Part shown: positions 10,101 to 18,254 of the stretch, in pieces
How positions within the stretch are numbered: the first letter of the stretch is position 1
How the letters are laid out: every line of letters starts with the position of its first letter
Source of the DNA: Dehalococcoidia bacterium
GTDB taxonomy: Bacteria; Chloroflexota; Dehalococcoidia; UBA6926
Assembly: GCA_963666115.2 (NCBI GenBank)
Contig: CAXXET010000004.1
Span: 32,001-96,000 of the forward strand
Direction: 5' to 3'
Length of the DNA stretch: 64,000 bases
Notes under the pieces: generated by a model
Database searches by the model: none
What the model was told of the DNA's origin: nothing
The model's input: only the letters and a program-made list of their open reading frames with translations
Program-made: the position numbers and the translations under genes

Positions 10101-13100
10101 CTCGATCCCGTCTTGCTCGACTACTCACCGCGGGATACGATTCCTGAGCGCGTGCTCAGCGCCATCAAACGCGGCGGGGAGCCGTGGGATGCTTTCCCCA
10201 AGGCGCGGGTTGATTCCTACCTGCTGGCCCCCGACTATGAAGACTATGACGCGGCCAATATGGAACGCGTGCGGATAGCTCCGCTGACCCCGCAGGGCAG
10301 AATCCCGGCAGGTGTTATCCCGGTATCCCGCCACTTGAGCGTCATGGAGCGGGACGGCGTCTACAGCCCGTTTAGCGGCGTCTTCACGATGTCCGAGGCG
10401 GCGCTTGGCTACCAATGGTGGTCCGTCGTTCCGCGATTGCCCCGGGAAACGCTGCGGTACGCAGAGGTGATTGACGACCCAACATACACCGAGTTGCCGT
10501 TCGGCGTGCCGTACAGGATTCGCGAGTTGGCAATGGAGATTACCGCCGGGTGGGTTACTCCCTACGAAAAGGCAAAGGCGATCGAGAATCACCTGCGCCG
10601 CCAGTACTCATATCAATTCGCCGACGATTCAACCGCGCCGCCGCGCCCCGCGGACCATGACCCCGTCGACTGGTTCCTCTTTGAAAGCCGGGAGGGAACG
10701 TCCGGCCAGTTCAGCAGCGCTTTCGTCGTCCTTGCCCGCTCGATCGGGCTTCCGGCGAGAGTGGCATCGGGATGGGTTATAAATCCGAGCAAGCAATCCC
10801 AGGTCGTCCAAACGAACCAGGCGCACCAGTGGGCGGAGGTGGCTTTCGAACGTATCGGCTGGGTCGCATTCGAGCCAACTGCAGAGGGCAATGCGAGGAC
10901 GCGAGTCGGACTACCGGCGCCCTCCGGCAACGGCCCATCCGGCACCGGCTCGGCGGACATCGGCTCCTCAGGAAACGGTGGTTCGGGCGGCGGCTCATCA
11001 GGCGGCGGCGGATCGGGCAACTCCGGCGGCGGGAGCGGAGCGCAAGCAGAACCGGGGCCGCGCATCTACGCCACCGTCACAGACATCACGGACTGGCCCC
11101 CAGTAGTCGTGCGGGGCGAGCCGTTCACTATTGGCGGCACGGTCGAGACGCAGGGCGGCAGACCCGTCAGTGGCATGCAAGTCGAGATATTCGTCAATGA
11201 GATCAAGGCCAACGGCGGCCTCCGCGTCGGTTCAGGCACTGTGACGAATGGCCGCTACACCATAGAGGTGGAGATTCCCTCGCCCATCGAGCGGGGCAAA
11301 TACCAGCTGATCGCTCATGCCATCGGCCATGCCATCGGCGCTGAAACGTACCTTGAATCATGGAGCGATCCCGATATTGCCGTCTTTGCAAAGAGCGGCC
11401 TTGTGCTGTCCGGCCCGCAAGAGGTCGATGTTGGAACCGAGGCGGTTTTCCGTGGGCGTGTGACGGAGGACAACGGCGACGCTGTTGCGGGCCTCCCCGT
11501 CTCGATCGTCATTGACGGCCGTCGCTTGCCCCGGGAGACAACGGACTCGGACGGGAGTTTCAGCTTCACAAACACGTTCCTCTCACCCGGCAGACACTGG
11601 GCGGAAGCGCGCTTCTCGGACACCGACTTCCTGCGCGGCAACTCGGTTCGCCTTAACCTGGACGTCGTCATGCCCACTACCCTTACGCTGGACGTCCCCG
11701 CCCAAACGCGCGTCGATGAGCCGTTCACCATCACCGGCAAGCTGCTTGACATACGCGAGAGTCCATTGCCTGGCCACGAGGTGGTTCTCAGGGTCGGCGA
11801 CAACGAGGAGATTGAGGTTTTCGCCGGCGTTGACGGCACGTTCAGCCATGAAGTCACCCTGCCCGCTGCCGGACAGTTCGCGGTGACCGCCGACTATGGA
11901 GGAGAGCATCCAATTCTGCCGGCCACGGCAGCGGCAAGTGTCATTGCCAGGGACGTAACGGTAGTGTCCTTCGAGGGGCCGCGTGAAATCCTGAGCGGGG
12001 AATCAGCGACGTTCGCCGGCACGGTCACGTCTCCGACGGCATCGGAGGATGCTGCGGTCAGCGTTGAAATTGTGGACGGCGCGGGCGATGTCCTACAGAC
12101 AGTGGACACGACTATCGGCGGCGCTCTCTCGTTTGAGACCGGCGCCCTGACGGAAACCGGCCCGCATACTTTGACCGCCCGCGTGTCGGAGCAGGGATTC
12201 CTCACGTCCGGCGCGGCCACCGTCGCCTACTCCGTCGTCCATCCCACCATGATCACAGTTGACGGCCCGCCTATCGCCATGGTCGGTCAGCATATTGAAT
12301 TTGTGGGGACGCTCACGCAAGCCGACGGGCAGCCCGTTCCCAACGCCTCCGTCCTGCTGGGAGGCGATCCGGTCATCACTGCGGAGGACGGCACGTTCAG
12401 CCGCGTCATCACCATGCCGGAGAGCCTTGGCGAAGCCGCCATAGAAGATCGTATCGGCATCGCCTACGAGTTCGAGGGAACGGACCGCCTGGCGTCGGCC
12501 TCCGGCAGCCGCTCCATCATCGTGGGCGTGCCGCGCCTCACCACTGAACTCGTGTCCCCGGTCGCCCGCGGGGCTGTCGCAGAGGTACGCGGCGCGGCCT
12601 TTACCGGAACCCGCCCGCTGCCCAACGCGGCTGTCACGCTGACCGGCGGCCATGCCGGTGCAACAGGTTCATCGGGGCAGTTCCTCTTTGAGTACCAGGT
12701 TGGGTCGAGCACGCCGATCGGGCCACTGCGGCTGACCGCAGAGCTTGACCAATTCGATATTCAAGCGACTGTTGAGCTGGACATCCGGTCATCGACGCAC
12801 GTGGTGGCCGTGCCGCTGGAAGACGTGCGGCCCGGGCGCGTGGTGGAGGCGCAGGTCGCTCTCTACGACGACACCGGCGCGGGCATCCCCGGCGCGCGCC
12901 TGCAAACCAGCACGGGCCTGAGCCTCGTCACAGATGAGTTTGGCCAGGCCCTGTTTGAACTGACCGTGCCTGAGAACGAGGCGCTCCTCACCATCCCAAT
13001 CACGTTCACCTACAACGGCGACACTCGCCACATGCCGCTCAACTACTTCCTTGGAATCCCTGTCACGCAGCCCTCCTTCAATTGGCTGCTGTGGGTCGTC

Positions 13101-13829
13101 CTGCCCGCGTTCCTGCTCATCGTTGGAGCGGGCGGGTTCGGCGCGTACCGCCTCCGCGCCGCCGGCGTTCCGCTCGATGTTCGACGGCTGACGGGCTCCG
13201 GCGCTCTGGCAGCGGTTGAGCCTGCCCCGCCGCCCGTCGATGACGACGGCGAACCTTTGCCCGCGCCCCTCGAAACGTCCCTGGAGTTGACGCTTGGCGG
13301 GCCCGGCGCGGACACCGGCAATGTGTACGGCCTCAGTGAGGAAGTCATCATCTCCGGCAGGCTCATGTCCGGGGACGGCTCGCCCGTGCAGAATCAAGCT
13401 ATCGAGCTGCGCGAGCCTCTGGGCGACGTTGCAATGATTGACACGGACGAATCGGGAGAGTTCCGGCTCGTGCTGCGCGCCGATGAACGCGGCGAGTTCT
13501 CAGTGGCCGCCCAGTTCGCAGGCGACGAATCCCATTTGGAATCGGCGGCGTCCGCCTCATACCGCATCGTGGATTTCCGCGAGGAGATGGTGCGGCTGTT
13601 CGGCGATTTCATGGAGTGGGCGGCGCATCTCGACGTCGGAATCGCGGGGCAGTCGCCCCGGGAAACCGAGTCGATCCTCGTTGCCGCCGGCGTGCCCGTT
13701 GATCAGCGGGCGCTGGATGAGTTTGTCACCCGCTTTGAGGAAGCCGACTACAGCGAGCATGAGATAGCCCGCAGGCACTACGAGGCCATGTACCGCGCGT
13801 GGCGGACGGTCACCGGAGAACGGGCATGA
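7191..13829 (+). CDS. Large membrane protein: N-terminal TMs, HEAT repeats, two transglutaminase-like domains, Ig-like beta-sandwich repeats, TM, DUF4129-like C-terminus
   Basis: HEAT repeats (VR..AA.ALG.L.D.RAV..L..AL); DPVDWFLF..EGT[C/S]..FSSAF, HQ.AE.AF..GWV.FEPT twice; late TM FNWLLWVVLPAFLLIV; SPRE...FEEADYS at the C-terminus. GTG start overlaps the previous stop (GTGA). Confidence 0.85.
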   Translation: MNLSPTRLRLIRSVGLLLMLAVSVAGFMLLIDLLADTASGSSDDLLAEADSDEVLISLPSSASLFALGVAAVALIVALGVIAAPSNWRRSGVGLPRPSWRPLGIAAAIALIVAAAGLFLAFSDSSPLFQQQAETAAGAAGQGAAGHQVDTEWLAPIGVVILATFFFTVILIGFLRPRLILPVLALWLAASMFFGFFDSSAIAGLRLFNPVITLPASDAFAVEVARHRTTDLSPDSQDVGNVAPGTDDGPQSPGDGDTAGMLGGEYGQDAPGEITEEAVIARLRYARDPADRASAADQLPGFGSDDALRALAHAWLNDPSPVVRERAIDAVTEWDFETLVEILQEHPERVVRQAAAAALGRLNDQRAVEPLATALLTDESPDVRQESAKALSRLRGSDGVSALIQSLQRDAADDVRGESARALGILGDERAVHGLLEALEQDLSGSVRENSAKSLGTLRSSGALAELDAARAGDHSADVRFAAGGALDRYTYTELIEALGSAVDPDDRATAARILGERRIRPAIPTLMEALFDGSPVVREAALDALDQFGSLHQLENGGVLLSHQGGVTLNRGTITSQQADGQPQFPLFVVEGAANTDFLRMAVGDRYAGQRWYLSSETIEPYRIGTTVSHQYAPIHQLDSMPRDDVTVRQLPNDDDDVADFVGFVPAGYALETVSVNASYFAESATLWLGRTPIEYSFTIRVPRFDAATLQAATPAEYAEVTLPDSVPDRVRQLAKDITAGYSGAYAKAKAIEQYLRHNYTYKFADSSTPPIPAGSDPVDWFLFESGEGTCGNFSSAFVVLAQSIGLPARVVSGYSITPTEQEQIVFADQAHQRAEIAFEGLGWVPFEPTAPDGSAPDRAQGYFESGAASVQGEQDELQELAAQLSSQDADAAQAARAELEARGADVIPLENGGSVVKRGDHTIATPPRTTTQHAPSPPAVGVFTVTGAKRTEYLLTATGDVYENGQWQQLDPVLLDYSPRDTIPERVLSAIKRGGEPWDAFPKARVDSYLLAPDYEDYDAANMERVRIAPLTPQGRIPAGVIPVSRHLSVMERDGVYSPFSGVFTMSEAALGYQWWSVVPRLPRETLRYAEVIDDPTYTELPFGVPYRIRELAMEITAGWVTPYEKAKAIENHLRRQYSYQFADDSTAPPRPADHDPVDWFLFESREGTSGQFSSAFVVLARSIGLPARVASGWVINPSKQSQVVQTNQAHQWAEVAFERIGWVAFEPTAEGNARTRVGLPAPSGNGPSGTGSADIGSSGNGGSGGGSSGGGGSGNSGGGSGAQAEPGPRIYATVTDITDWPPVVVRGEPFTIGGTVETQGGRPVSGMQVEIFVNEIKANGGLRVGSGTVTNGRYTIEVEIPSPIERGKYQLIAHAIGHAIGAETYLESWSDPDIAVFAKSGLVLSGPQEVDVGTEAVFRGRVTEDNGDAVAGLPVSIVIDGRRLPRETTDSDGSFSFTNTFLSPGRHWAEARFSDTDFLRGNSVRLNLDVVMPTTLTLDVPAQTRVDEPFTITGKLLDIRESPLPGHEVVLRVGDNEEIEVFAGVDGTFSHEVTLPAAGQFAVTADYGGEHPILPATAAASVIARDVTVVSFEGPREILSGESATFAGTVTSPTASEDAAVSVEIVDGAGDVLQTVDTTIGGALSFETGALTETGPHTLTARVSEQGFLTSGAATVAYSVVHPTMITVDGPPIAMVGQHIEFVGTLTQADGQPVPNASVLLGGDPVITAEDGTFSRVITMPESLGEAAIEDRIGIAYEFEGTDRLASASGSRSIIVGVPRLTTELVSPVARGAVAEVRGAAFTGTRPLPNAAVTLTGGHAGATGSSGQFLFEYQVGSSTPIGPLRLTAELDQFDIQATVELDIRSSTHVVAVPLEDVRPGRVVEAQVALYDDTGAGIPGARLQTSTGLSLVTDEFGQALFELTVPENEALLTIPITFTYNGDTRHMPLNYFLGIPVTQPSFNWLLWVVLPAFLLIVGAGGFGAYRLRAAGVPLDVRRLTGSGALAAVEPAPPPVDDDGEPLPAPLETSLELTLGGPGADTGNVYGLSEEVIISGRLMSGDGSPVQNQAIELREPLGDVAMIDTDESGEFRLVLRADERGEFSVAAQFAGDESHLESAASASYRIVDFREEMVRLFGDFMEWAAHLDVGIAGQSPRETESILVAAGVPVDQRALDEFVTRFEEADYSEHEIARRHYEAMYRAWRTVTGERA

Positions 13830-14989
13830 CAGGCGCAATTGTGCGGCTGAATATCGCCTTTGTGATGTTCGTTGGCGTCTTTGCGGGCAGCCGCGTCCTC
13901 GCCTCCACCTATGAGTATCCGACATCCGGCGTGATGCTCGCCTCATTCGCGGCAATTGCCCTGGTCTTCGCCGCGTGGGCCATCCGCCGAACGCTGCGGC
14001 TGGACTATCAATGGCGATTCAGGCGCATCATGGACGCCATGCTGGCGCCCGCCGCCGCGCTGCTGACCGCGTTCGGGCTGACTCTGCCGCTCCTTGCCCT
14101 GCTCAACGACATGCCCGTCATCAATGCCCTGCTGTTGGACTATGTGGAGACGGCGCGCATCGGGCGGCTCTATCAGCCCTATTTCGCCAGCGTCTACGAA
14201 ATTCGCTACCTGATCGCCGTTCTGTTCTTCGTCATCGTGCTTGCCCTGGCGCTGCCGCAGGCCGTCTGGAGGATGCCGACGTGGCAGGCGCGCCCGCTGT
14301 ACGTGTCTGTCGGATTTGCCGCAGCCGGATGCCTCTCGTGGCTGCTTGGGCTTGGCATGGCAGACCTTGGCTACGGGTACGCCCTCGGAGGCTCGGTTGC
14401 CGGGGCGGGCTTCTTCTCCGTCGCCGTCGTCCAGATGGGCATCCAGTTCACGCAGGACTCGGACTCCGTCCTGGCCGACGCCGTTCGCTGGATGGCGGTG
14501 TCCAAGACGCGCTCATTCATGCCCGGCGCAGCTATCGCGGTTTACCTGCTGCTCCTGCGCCCGGTCATGTACGACACGCTTGCCCTGGCCCCCGTCGTGG
14601 AGTGGCTGGCCGTCCTCGCCACTGTCGCGGGCGCGGTCCTCCGGATGCGGAGCCGCCTGCAGACGGAGATCAACGTCGTCCACGCAGGCTCAGAGCCGGA
14701 AATCGAGTGGAGCAGGCATGAGCAGGTTCTTGAGACGCGGCCGGACCCACGCGCCGCCGCTGCGTGGAACGCGCGGCAGGCGTGGATTGAATCCGGCGAC
14801 CCTGATGAAATCCGGGCGTACCTGGACGGCTTGCTGACCAGGGAGGGCGCAACCACGTACATGATCGAGGACGTCGTGTCGCCGCTTTATGACAGGTCTG
14901 TGCGCAGAAGCCGCCGCAATCGCAGCCTCGCGCTTGATGAGTCGTATCGTTTGGCCAACGATGTCATGGCGCGATTGACTCTGTATTGA
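13826..14989 (+). CDS. Multi-pass membrane protein of unknown function in the MoxR operon
   Basis: About 8-9 hydrophobic segments; ATGA overlap with the upstream stop. Confidence 0.75.
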   Translation: MTGAIVRLNIAFVMFVGVFAGSRVLASTYEYPTSGVMLASFAAIALVFAAWAIRRTLRLDYQWRFRRIMDAMLAPAAALLTAFGLTLPLLALLNDMPVINALLLDYVETARIGRLYQPYFASVYEIRYLIAVLFFVIVLALALPQAVWRMPTWQARPLYVSVGFAAAGCLSWLLGLGMADLGYGYALGGSVAGAGFFSVAVVQMGIQFTQDSDSVLADAVRWMAVSKTRSFMPGAAIAVYLLLLRPVMYDTLALAPVVEWLAVLATVAGAVLRMRSRLQTEINVVHAGSEPEIEWSRHEQVLETRPDPRAAAAWNARQAWIESGDPDEIRAYLDGLLTREGATTYMIEDVVSPLYDRSVRRSRRNRSLALDESYRLANDVMARLTLY

Positions 14990-15004
14990 TTCTATAATGG
15001 TAAC

Positions 15005-15997
15005 GTGAACGAGAACGAGTTGGAGCGAGTCCGCCAAACGTGCGATGCCATCATCGACCGTGTTGGCGAGGTATTTGTCGGCAACCGGCTGCTCCTCCGC
15101 AAGCTGCTGGCGGCGGCCCTCGCAAACGGCCACGTCCTGTTTGAGGACTACCCCGGGCTCGGCAAGACCCTGCTCGCCAAGGTCTTTTCCCGCGCCATCG
15201 GCAGTGAGACGAAGCGCGTGCAGTTCACGCCGGACTTGCTGCCGTCAGACATCCTTGGCGTCAACGTATGGCGCCAGAGGGAAGGCGTCTTTGAACTCAT
15301 CAGGGGCCCCGTGTTTACCAACGTCCTGCTTGCCGATGAAATCAATCGCGCGCCCCCAAAGACGCAGGCCGCCCTGCTGGAAGCCATGGAGGAGCGGCAG
15401 GTCACCATCGACGGCGAGACGCTGAGCCTCGGCAGCCCCTTCATCGTCATCGCCACGCAGAACCCCATCGAGCAGGAGGGCACGTACCCCCTGCCGGAGG
15501 CGCAGCTTGACCGCTTTCTCTTCAAACTCGGCACCGGCTACCCCGCGAACGAGGAACTGGAAAGCGATATCCTCAACCGCCGCATCGCGTGGCAAAAGGA
15601 CGATCCCACCGCCGACCTGGAACCGGCGATCAGCGTCGAGGGATTCCTCGATCTCCAGCGTCTCGTCGAAACCTCCGTGTATATCGACACGGTCATCGTC
15701 GATTACATCACCCAGCTCGTCAGGTTGACCAGGGAGCACCCGCGCGTCGCCGTTGGCGTCAGCCCGCGCGGCTCCCTTGCCCTCCTGCGCGTTTCGCGCA
15801 GCATCGCCCTCATCCACGGACGCGATTTCGTCGTGCCCGATGACGTCAAGATGGTCGTGGCCGACGTGCTGGCGCACCGCGTGATTCTCAACATCGAGGA
15901 CACGCTGGAGGGCGTGCGCCCCGAATCGATCATCGACGAGATTCTTGAACTCGTGCCGGTGCCGACGGAGCTGGGAGAGCGGCCCGCGCAGCCATGA
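15005..15997 (+). CDS. moxR: MoxR-family AAA+ ATPase
   Basis: GHVLFEDYPGLGKT, RVQFTPDLLPSD, LADEINRAPPKTQAALLEAM, TQNPIEQEGTYPLPEAQLDRF, GVSPRG. Confidence 0.96.
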   Translation: MNENELERVRQTCDAIIDRVGEVFVGNRLLLRKLLAAALANGHVLFEDYPGLGKTLLAKVFSRAIGSETKRVQFTPDLLPSDILGVNVWRQREGVFELIRGPVFTNVLLADEINRAPPKTQAALLEAMEERQVTIDGETLSLGSPFIVIATQNPIEQEGTYPLPEAQLDRFLFKLGTGYPANEELESDILNRRIAWQKDDPTADLEPAISVEGFLDLQRLVETSVYIDTVIVDYITQLVRLTREHPRVAVGVSPRGSLALLRVSRSIALIHGRDFVVPDDVKMVVADVLAHRVILNIEDTLEGVRPESIIDEILELVPVPTELGERPAQP

Positions 15998-17331
15998 TCA
16001 CCCCCGCCCTGCTGAGTTGGACCTGGCTCAGCCTGCTCCTTCTCGTCGCCGGGCTCTTCTTGGGCAACGTCATTCTCCTTGCCGCTGCCGTGTTCCTCTT
16101 TGTCGCCGTTCTCACGGCGGGCGGCGTCCGCCCTCCCGGTGACGTTGTCATCGAGCGCGGCCTCCCGCGCGTCATCTGCTGGGTCGGCGATTCCCTGGTC
16201 GTCCAACGCCGCCTGACCGCGAAGGGAGGGCTGGGAGCAATCCGCGTCGTTGACCCCCTGCCGCCAGAGGCGACCGTCATCGACGGCAACAATTTCCACG
16301 TCGTCTGGAAATGGCCGGGCGAGACAACGGTCGATCTCTCCTACACCATCGCCTTTGCAAAGCGCGGCGAATACGCGCTGCCCGAGACCGTCTGGGAGTC
16401 CCAGGCGCCCCTCGGAGCGGGACGCGGCGAAAGCGGCCGGGCAGGCCCCGAACTGGGCCTCCTCGTTGCCCCGCGAACGTCGGACATCAGCCGCCTCAAT
16501 TCCGTCCGCGCCCTCACGCGCAGCACGATGCTGCAAGACGACATCTCCCAAATACGGTCGTCCGGCGAGGAGTTCCGCGAACTCCGGCCATACCAGCCCG
16601 GCGACCCCATCAAGAGCATCAACTGGAAGGCGACGGCGCGCACTGGCGAGGCCGCCGACGTGCCGCTGGTGAACGAGTTGGAGCCCGAGGGGCGCAAGGC
16701 CGTGTGGATATTCCTGGACATGGCCTCCTACATGGACGTCGGCACCGCCGTCTCCAGTCCCGTTGAAAACACCATCGAGGCCGCCGGCACGCTGGCGCAG
16801 TTCTACGTCTCGCAGGGCTCCACGCTCGGCGCATACGCCTACAACTCCCTGGGCGGCGGGGAACTCCTCTCGCCGGACTCCGGCCAAAAGCAGTTTCGCA
16901 GGCTTACCCGCATGTTCGCCGGCCTCACCCCCGGCCCGCCCGAACAAGACCTGCTCCGCTCCGTTGAATGGTGCAAGTCCTTCCTCTTCAGGCTCCGCCC
17001 GCAGGTGTTCATCATCACCCGCCTCGATGCCCACTACCCCCGCCCCGGCGACGATACCGATCAGCTCGACCGGCTCACGACCGCCGTGACCCGCCTGACC
17101 GCGCTGCGCGCCCGCTCGCGCCGCGGGGGCCGCGTCCGGGTGATCCACGTTCATCCCCCTGCCGAACAGCAGGTTGGCGAGTCACCCGTGGAAACGGTGG
17201 ACATGGCGCGCTGGGAGACTCGCGCGACCATGACCGCGCTGCAACAGGCGGGCGCCGCCGTGATGGACTGGGACCCCTCCGGCGAGCGATTCATCACGAC
17301 GCTCGTGCGGCACATGGACAGGTACCAGTGA
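15994..17331 (+). CDS. DUF58 (VWA-like) protein
   Basis: EFRELRPYQPGDPIKSINWKATAR motif, KRGEY, N-terminal TMs; follows moxR with an ATGA overlap. Confidence 0.92.
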   Translation: MITPALLSWTWLSLLLLVAGLFLGNVILLAAAVFLFVAVLTAGGVRPPGDVVIERGLPRVICWVGDSLVVQRRLTAKGGLGAIRVVDPLPPEATVIDGNNFHVVWKWPGETTVDLSYTIAFAKRGEYALPETVWESQAPLGAGRGESGRAGPELGLLVAPRTSDISRLNSVRALTRSTMLQDDISQIRSSGEEFRELRPYQPGDPIKSINWKATARTGEAADVPLVNELEPEGRKAVWIFLDMASYMDVGTAVSSPVENTIEAAGTLAQFYVSQGSTLGAYAYNSLGGGELLSPDSGQKQFRRLTRMFAGLTPGPPEQDLLRSVEWCKSFLFRLRPQVFIITRLDAHYPRPGDDTDQLDRLTTAVTRLTALRARSRRGGRVRVIHVHPPAEQQVGESPVETVDMARWETRATMTALQQAGAAVMDWDPSGERFITTLVRHMDRYQ

Positions 17332-18080
17332 TATACATCCCGTCTTCCCTCACCGGGCGGCTGGCCTGCGCAGAGGTCGGCCTGGTGGTCCTCATCGCCC
17401 AGGTTGCCTTGTGGATGGCGACCGAATCCATCCGGTTTGCCGACCCCGCCAGGACGATGTGGCCGCCGTTCCTGGTCGAACTCTCGCTGTCCGTTCTGTC
17501 ACTGCGCGCTATGTTGATCATGGCGGCAATAGTCGGAATCTACTTCGCGCTTAGGCGCTCACGCCGAAACCGGCTCGCGTTCTGGGCATTCACCGCGTTC
17601 GCTGTGGGCGCACAGATACCCGACCTGTGGGCGCACAACCGGATCGACTGGCACCGCTTCTTCGACCGCGTGGCCTACTTCTCGGAGCCGCTGCCCCTAC
17701 TGGCCTCCGCAGCCCTGTTCCTGCTCACCCTTGCCGGCCTTGTCGCCCTGCACCGCATTACTCAACTGCGAAGCCTGGCCGACGACATGGACATGCGCGG
17801 CGTGGAGGCCGCGGAGCGCAACGCGATTATCACGAACGAGGCGATCAGCATTGCCGCAACGATCTTCGTGTCTCTTGGCCTAGCGACGCTTGTCGTCATC
17901 GTCGCCATGATCGTCGGACGCGCCGAGCTTGTCTCCGGCCTGGCGGGCTGGGCGGTCGTCATCATCGGAGCCGCCGCGACGCTCTCCCTAGCCACCTTCC
18001 TCCTCTTCCTCTACCGAGGCCTAAGCGGCGGGGAAACGGTATTCCCAGACGAGGACGACGCGGGAGACGCGGAGGCCTGA
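17328..18080 (+). CDS. Membrane protein of unknown function, last gene of the MoxR operon
   Basis: About 6 TMs; GTG start at 17328 overlaps the DUF58 stop (GTGA). The ORF track's longer N-terminus overlaps DUF58 and is rejected. Confidence 0.72.
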   Translation: MIYIPSSLTGRLACAEVGLVVLIAQVALWMATESIRFADPARTMWPPFLVELSLSVLSLRAMLIMAAIVGIYFALRRSRRNRLAFWAFTAFAVGAQIPDLWAHNRIDWHRFFDRVAYFSEPLPLLASAALFLLTLAGLVALHRITQLRSLADDMDMRGVEAAERNAIITNEAISIAATIFVSLGLATLVVIVAMIVGRAELVSGLAGWAVVIIGAAATLSLATFLLFLYRGLSGGETVFPDEDDAGDAEA

Positions 18081-18086
18081 TCCCCC

Positions 18087-18194
18087 CTACAGCGTTGTTC
18101 CCTCAACCACGTCCTCTACCCCGTTGCCTTTGCGCATTAGACGGCGGAGGATTGCCGCGAGAACCAGGATGATCGCGCCCACCACCGGCAGCCA
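18087..18194 (-). pseudogene. Orphan copy of the last 36 codons (TM anchor, basic tail and stop) of the cadherin/FN3 giant-protein genes
   Basis: Translates to WLPVVGAIILVLAAILRRLMRKGNGVEDVVEGTTL*, nearly identical to the C-termini of the CDSs ending at 22122 and 30745. Confidence 0.9.
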
Positions 18195-18254
18195 CCGGCG
18201 GTCCGCCTCGTCCTCCACCACTTGCGGATTGCCAGATAGCGTACAATGGCACAC

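Noticed and set aside
18087-18221. Expressed 44-aa membrane microprotein from GTG 18221 using the orphan anchor
   Set aside because: The frame is open but no convincing SD or promoter is present; kept as a remnant, although expression cannot be excluded.
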